DNA of 64,000 nucleotides from Nitrosopumilus sp. (lineage in GTDB: Archaea; Thermoproteota; Nitrososphaeria; Nitrososphaerales; Nitrosopumilaceae): contig OZ244651.1 in assembly GCA_965218695.1 (NCBI GenBank), positions 160,001-224,000 on the forward strand. The letters are read 5' to 3'. The notes under the pieces were generated by a model that worked only from the letters and a program-made list of their open reading frames with translations, did not search any database and was not told the DNA's origin. The stretch's first letter is position 1. Each line of letters opens with the position of its first letter. Shown in pieces: positions 59,347 through 64,000 of this stretch. A program made the translations under genes and the position numbers.

Positions 59347-59542
59347 ATTGTGTTTCTTGACGCATTCGTATGCAAGTGCCGGCCGCAAGGCTGCGCGGAC
59401 ATGCAGCAACCGGTGCCGGGGTGCCAACGGAATGTGCGCAGGACAGTCAACTGGGATTATCTTTCGGATTTGTGGGCAGCTGGTTGTTAATCATGGGTTT
59501 GATAAAGGGGGTGTCAGGCATGTGCAATTAGACACATTTCCA

Positions 59543-61734
59543 GTACGCGTTCACCTCCCCCCTTGCCAATTCCACGCTAGTCGGGATGTCATACATGGGC
59601 ATGTGATTGACTCCATCATGGAATCATCCACCAGAAGACACGTCGGTGTGAAAATGTATGGCAATGCCATCCTGCAGGCAGGCCTGAGGCTTTTTGCGGC
59701 ATGATCTGCGATGCATCCTGCCTAAGCCAAATGGTGCGGCAACGATCCGGATCTGCGGGATGTCGTGGCACGGTTATTTGAGATTCGGAAATATCGGGGG
59801 CGGTATTCCGGACCCGAACATGTCCTGCGAGGCATCGGCAGTCACCGCGTCCCCCGAGAACATTCCAAGCTTTTCTGCCGTGGCGTGAATCGTCTGGAGT
59901 TTGGCAAAAGTGTCGGCTGCCTTCCAGTTGGGAAACGCGTGGTGTATGTCGCGCGGCCTTACGATGTGCGTTCGTACGGCCCTCTCGCACGCGTTGTTGT
60001 TGCCGTCCATTCCAGGATGCCTGATAAACTCTGTAAGGTATGGCGCGGCGCGTTCAAGCGAGCCTGCAAAATCGCGGCTCTTCTCGTCTGAGACGCATCC
60101 GTTGCGGCAGGCATCGACGAGCGTCAGGATGCGTTTTTGCAGGGAATCCTGGCTTGATTTGACGTATTCTTCCAGTCCCGGGGTGTTTTTGACGAGTCGG
60201 CCTGCGTCGCAGGCCGACTCTTCTGCCCTGCCGGCCATCTCGAGTGCATTCCTTGCGGCGGTCTTGGCGTCCCGATATATCTTGAGCAGCGTCACGTACC
60301 ACGCATACTCGAAGGAATTGACTCCGTGGCGTATGGCCAGGCCCTCGCACTTGCGAACCACGTGGACAAAGCACGTCTGAAAGTCCCCCTCAAGGGCGTT
60401 GCCGGCACGGTACATGTCTGCCACGAACGGCCTGTTCAGCACCATCCAAAGCACGTCCCTCATGGTCTCCTTGGTCTTGTCAGGCCTGATGCATACCAGC
60501 ACGCAGTATTTTGAGATCAGTAGTATGGCCTGCACGTTCTTTCCTGCGACCTTTTCGCCGGACTCGTCTTCGGACACGCTTGGCGCCATGCTCATCTTTT
60601 CTGTTATCTGCGTGATGAGCGGCCGCCTCATCAGGCCGTTCCATGCGGTATGGCCGCCGGCGTCGGGTTCGGGGCGCGCAGGCGTGGGGAACGGCGCCCC
60701 GAACAAGGGAGACGGCATGTCCTCCTTTGGCTCCGGCAGCCTCGGGGCGTCTCCGAGGCTGCCGCGCGTTGCTATTGCCTCTAGGGCGTGGGATATGCAC
60801 CCCAGTGATGCCCTGATGCCGTGGTTTGATGCCAGCAGGTACTGCATGCTTCTGAGCGAAACCGATACCCTGTGCATGTTGGCAATCTTCTTTCTCAGGT
60901 TGGGGCCAAACCACGTTCCGGGAATCGAGTCCGCGTCAGGATACGTGACTGCCTGGCACGTGAGGCAGTACCCGGGCGCGATCATCTCGGCATAACAGAC
61001 TGGCTTGCCGGATTCGGTGACATCTATCACCGTCTTCCAAAAGGCATCCTCGGGCAGCATGTAGGTGCCGCCGCAGTTTTTGCACATGGGCGCACTGCAC
61101 ATCCTGATGTCAGCCGGCCTGCGGCCGTGGGAGACTCCCGGCTGACCCGGCCGGTGTCCGGGCTTTTTGCCCGTATCTGGGGCATCGCCCGTGTCTGCCC
61201 TTACCTGCGGATCACTTTTGAAGGCTCTTCGCTTCCGGGTAAACAGCACGGCGCCCCTGGATGAATGGTTCCAACTCTCGTGGACTGAAAGTTCCCGGGC
61301 CAGCTGCTTCTTCTCTGCCTTCAGGGTCCGGATCTCCTCTGCCTGGTGCGCCGTCTCCTCGATAACGACAGCCAGCGTCTTTCCGGTGGTTCCCAGAGAG
61401 GCTGCGACCAGGCCCAGCAGGATCTCCACGATTCCCCACACGCGGCGCAGCTCTGCCTGCAGTATGATCCTTTCGGATTTCGGGACAACCATTCAGGACT
61501 GCACCTGCATCCGCCGCGACGCCGTGCAGTTTGCATTCTTAAATACGGATTCTGCGTGTGTATATTGGCGCACGTGCGTGTGGGTCATGGTAATTCACAT
61601 CTCACGTGCAGCCGTTTTAATCACCTAATCTAAAAAATCTAATTTTGTTTGTAAATTCTGACCCATCCAATTGTCATATGTGCCAAAAGGCTCAACAGTG
61701 TCGCACCAAATGGAGGGGGGAGGTGAACGCGTAC
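59543..61734 (-). mobile_element. IS66-family element E
   Basis: TIR GTACGCGTTCACCTCCCCC; 8-bp TSD CATTTCCA (59535-59542 / 61735-61742). Confidence 0.93.
59774..61492 (-). CDS. IS66-family transposase (long variant)
   Basis: KPGHRPGQPG, two CxxC, EDES, QTCFVH and NNNACER motifs. Confidence 0.88.
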   Translation of the reverse strand: MVVPKSERIILQAELRRVWGIVEILLGLVAASLGTTGKTLAVVIEETAHQAEEIRTLKAEKKQLARELSVHESWNHSSRGAVLFTRKRRAFKSDPQVRADTGDAPDTGKKPGHRPGQPGVSHGRRPADIRMCSAPMCKNCGGTYMLPEDAFWKTVIDVTESGKPVCYAEMIAPGYCLTCQAVTYPDADSIPGTWFGPNLRKKIANMHRVSVSLRSMQYLLASNHGIRASLGCISHALEAIATRGSLGDAPRLPEPKEDMPSPLFGAPFPTPARPEPDAGGHTAWNGLMRRPLITQITEKMSMAPSVSEDESGEKVAGKNVQAILLISKYCVLVCIRPDKTKETMRDVLWMVLNRPFVADMYRAGNALEGDFQTCFVHVVRKCEGLAIRHGVNSFEYAWYVTLLKIYRDAKTAARNALEMAGRAEESACDAGRLVKNTPGLEEYVKSSQDSLQKRILTLVDACRNGCVSDEKSRDFAGSLERAAPYLTEFIRHPGMDGNNNACERAVRTHIVRPRDIHHAFPNWKAADTFAKLQTIHATAEKLGMFSGDAVTADASQDMFGSGIPPPIFPNLK

Positions 61735-61763
61735 CATTTCCAACTACTGTTTTTTACGGTAAC

Positions 61764-61771
61764 TTTATAAG
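61764..61771 (+). promoter_or_regulatory. TATA box of radA
   Basis: GGTAAC-TTTATAAG, 21 nt upstream of the ATG. Confidence 0.75.
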
Positions 61772-61792
61772 TACGGTACCATACGGTATATC

Positions 61793-62914
61793 ATGGTAGA
61801 TGATATCAGACTCAATAGTTTGGAGGGCGTTGGCCCCGTAACTACAAGAAAGCTATCTGACGCAGGTATTCACAACGTTATGGATCTCATAGTAAGGGGT
61901 CCTGTGGAAATATCTGAGATAACCGGTATGGAGAGGGAGACTGCAGACAAGATTGTCAACAAGGCCAGACAGCATATGGTTGAAGGCGGAATGATTGCCA
62001 AGGATTTTGTTAGTGCAAGCGAGATCTACAAACACAGACAGAGCATCGGCAAGATTACAACCGGCACAAACTGCCTTGATACGTTGTTTGACGGCGGAGT
62101 TGAGACCCAGGCTCTGACAGAAGTCTATGGAGAGTTCGGATGCGGCAAGACACAATTTGCCCATACCATGTCTGTCATGGTTCAAAAAACCAAGGCGGAA
62201 GGCGGACTTGAGGGCGGTGTCTTGTATATTGACACTGAAAACACCTTCAGGCCCGAAAGAATCGTCTCGATTGCCCAGGCACATGAGATGGATCCAGAAA
62301 AGGTTCTAGACAACATCATCGTTGCACGTGCCTACAACAGCGCACACCAGACACTGATTCTAGAAGAGGCAGGTCAGGTAATTGAAGAGAACAACATCCG
62401 ACTGATCGTCGCAGATTCTGCAGTGGGGCTTTTCCGTTCCGAATATCTTGGAAGGGGAACGTTGTCCAACAGGCAACAAAAACTAAATCATTTTGTGCAC
62501 CTGTTGTCCCGAATTGCAGAGACATACAACTGTGCTGCAATTGCAACCAACCAGGTCATGGCATCCCCTGACGTCTTTTTTGGAGATCCAACACGTCCGA
62601 TTGGCGGAAACGTCGTTGCGCACACAAGCACCTACCGGATATACTTCAAGAAATCCGGCAAGAAGCGAATCGCCAGAATGGTCGACAGTCCTCACCACCC
62701 AGAGGAGGAGACAATATTTGCCCTAGGTGAGGCAGGCGTCGTGGATCTCGAAGAGACTGTCAAGAAGACCAAAAAGAGTACCAAAAAAGAGACTTCCAAA
62801 AAGTCCAATACTACGACATCCGATGAAACCGAATCCGAAAATGCTACTGCTGCTGCTGTGAGTGCAGAACCTGCAGCAGATCTCAGTGACGATGATCCTG
62901 AACCCATAGAGTAA
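61793..62914 (+). CDS. radA: DNA repair and recombination protein RadA with Lys-rich then acidic C-terminal tail
   Basis: GEFGCGKTQ, YIDTENTFRPER and TNQV motifs. Confidence 0.98.
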   Translation: MVDDIRLNSLEGVGPVTTRKLSDAGIHNVMDLIVRGPVEISEITGMERETADKIVNKARQHMVEGGMIAKDFVSASEIYKHRQSIGKITTGTNCLDTLFDGGVETQALTEVYGEFGCGKTQFAHTMSVMVQKTKAEGGLEGGVLYIDTENTFRPERIVSIAQAHEMDPEKVLDNIIVARAYNSAHQTLILEEAGQVIEENNIRLIVADSAVGLFRSEYLGRGTLSNRQQKLNHFVHLLSRIAETYNCAAIATNQVMASPDVFFGDPTRPIGGNVVAHTSTYRIYFKKSGKKRIARMVDSPHHPEEETIFALGEAGVVDLEETVKKTKKSTKKETSKKSNTTTSDETESENATAAAVSAEPAADLSDDDPEPIE

Positions 62915-63282
62915 ACCACCCTCTTTTTATTTTATAATCAATTAGACCGGTCCCGCATGGCAGATTTCTTCCGGAATTGTTGAGGCCCGCATGGGGCAGA
63001 GTCATGATCCGGGACTTTTATCAAAGGATGCATTCTGGAATTCGGTCCTTTCGGTCATGCAATCCCTGCAGCAGCAGCATCCCGGTATATCCTATACACG
63101 GTATGGTGGCCGGTTCCTGCACGCCATTCCGATGTGCCATTACCTGGATGCCATCCAGAGGAAAAATATCTGCCATGTCTGTCCTCGGCTGTGAACCGGG
63201 GTTGTCGCATAAATCATGTTGAGCGTATGATCGTACGTCATTGACTCATACCGGCTAAGGATCACAAAGTGTGTCCCCTTTA

Positions 63283-63575
63283 ATGAATCACAAGAGAAAG
63301 GCTAACTACTGGAATAGTTATCACAGGGCACACACTACTGAGCGCAACTTTCGGATAAAAATTATCGTGTCTTTGGTCGGGAGGAACCCGCCGCCGGCAA
63401 AACAGGGCAGTGGTAAACGCGGGAGACCCAGAATACACTCTGCAGAGAAGATGGCCTGCGTATGTGCCATCATGATCTTCGAGGGCCTCACGTTCAGGAA
63501 CGCGCAAAACTGCGTACCGGATGGTACCTTCCGTGGCACAAGCCGGTTCCGGACCATTCAACGATAGCGTGATTC
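63283..63575 (+). pseudogene. truncated, frameshifted IS5-A-related transposase fragment
   Basis: RGRPRIHSAEKMACVCAIM and PWHKPVPDHSTI align with the IS5-A N-terminus. Confidence 0.75.
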
Positions 63576-63848
63576 CTTGAGACGATTCCAATCTGGTGAC
63601 TGGAACGAATCCTGAGGGAAGCTGCGCGTCAATGCATGGAGGCGGCAGGTACGACAGATTATGACTTGACGGATTTACGCGACCACCCCCTGTGAACCAA
63701 CTTTGTTTCCTAATTATCTTCAACCACGCCTAACTCTTCCAGAGTCATGTCAGTCAGTCAGCCCAGACGAATTTGAATACCGTGTCAAACACTTTCAATA
63801 GAAAACTGTATTGATCAGAGAGGCGTGCAGACAGTCAGGCCAACAACC

Positions 63849-64000
63849 ATGACTGAAAACACGCCATCTCCAGACAAGACGGGCACGCATGACGCTAAAA
63901 AATCTTTCAAATCAGAAGGGCGCAGGTTCCGGTACGATGACCGCAGGTACATAGACCGCGGTCAGCTGTGGTCCCTCCAGATAAACCAGGAGATCCTGAC
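63849..64000 (+). CDS. partial ORF running off the window, possibly another transposase
   Basis: ATG 63849 is open to the window end; IS-rich context. Confidence 0.3.
   Translation, partial: MTENTPSPDKTGTHDAKKSFKSEGRRFRYDDRRYIDRGQLWSLQINQEIL

Larger units (their letters stand above)
58077..61749 (+). mobile_element. ISH3-family element with IS66-E inserted in its right TIR
   Basis: TIR CAGTAG(A/T)TGGAAATGTGT; 5-bp TSD TTTTT. Confidence 0.9.

Overview
Chromosomal segment of an ammonia-oxidising archaeon (Thaumarchaeota/Nitrososphaerota, Nitrosopumilaceae-like). The assignment rests on the gene set: archaeal histone, Top6A/B, RadA, Nop5/fibrillarin, S17e/S30e, aIF-2beta, a Urm1-Cgi121 fusion, a cupredoxin and a Grs-like radical SAM enzyme. 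The heavy IS load suggests a host-associated lineage (inference). A compact housekeeping backbone is interrupted by one solitary ISH3-type element (2.3-3.6 kb) and two large nested IS stacks (30.4-43.7 kb and 53.7-61.75 kb). I resolved terminal inverted repeats (TIRs) and target-site duplications (TSDs) for nearly every element. Main observation: unrelated IS families (two IS5 types, ISH3, IS66, IS481) insert repeatedly at a near-fixed distance upstream of host TATA boxes (IS5 6 nt, IS481 7 nt, ISH3 9 nt, IS66 10-21 nt), even though the target sequences are unrelated. Later elements landed in the promoter-proximal TSD or TIR of earlier ones, building polarised arrays. This suggests position-specific, possibly TBP/TFB-guided, safe-harbour integration. 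Other points of note: a TnpB-tail/omegaRNA-like structured sequence in two copies (one solitary with its own TATA box), an IS110 carried by a defective IS5 in two copies, a 174-bp MITE, and histone-H1-like tandem-repeat tails on Top6A and on the Rpc34/TFE-beta-like factor. All family calls are from motif recognition, not database searches.
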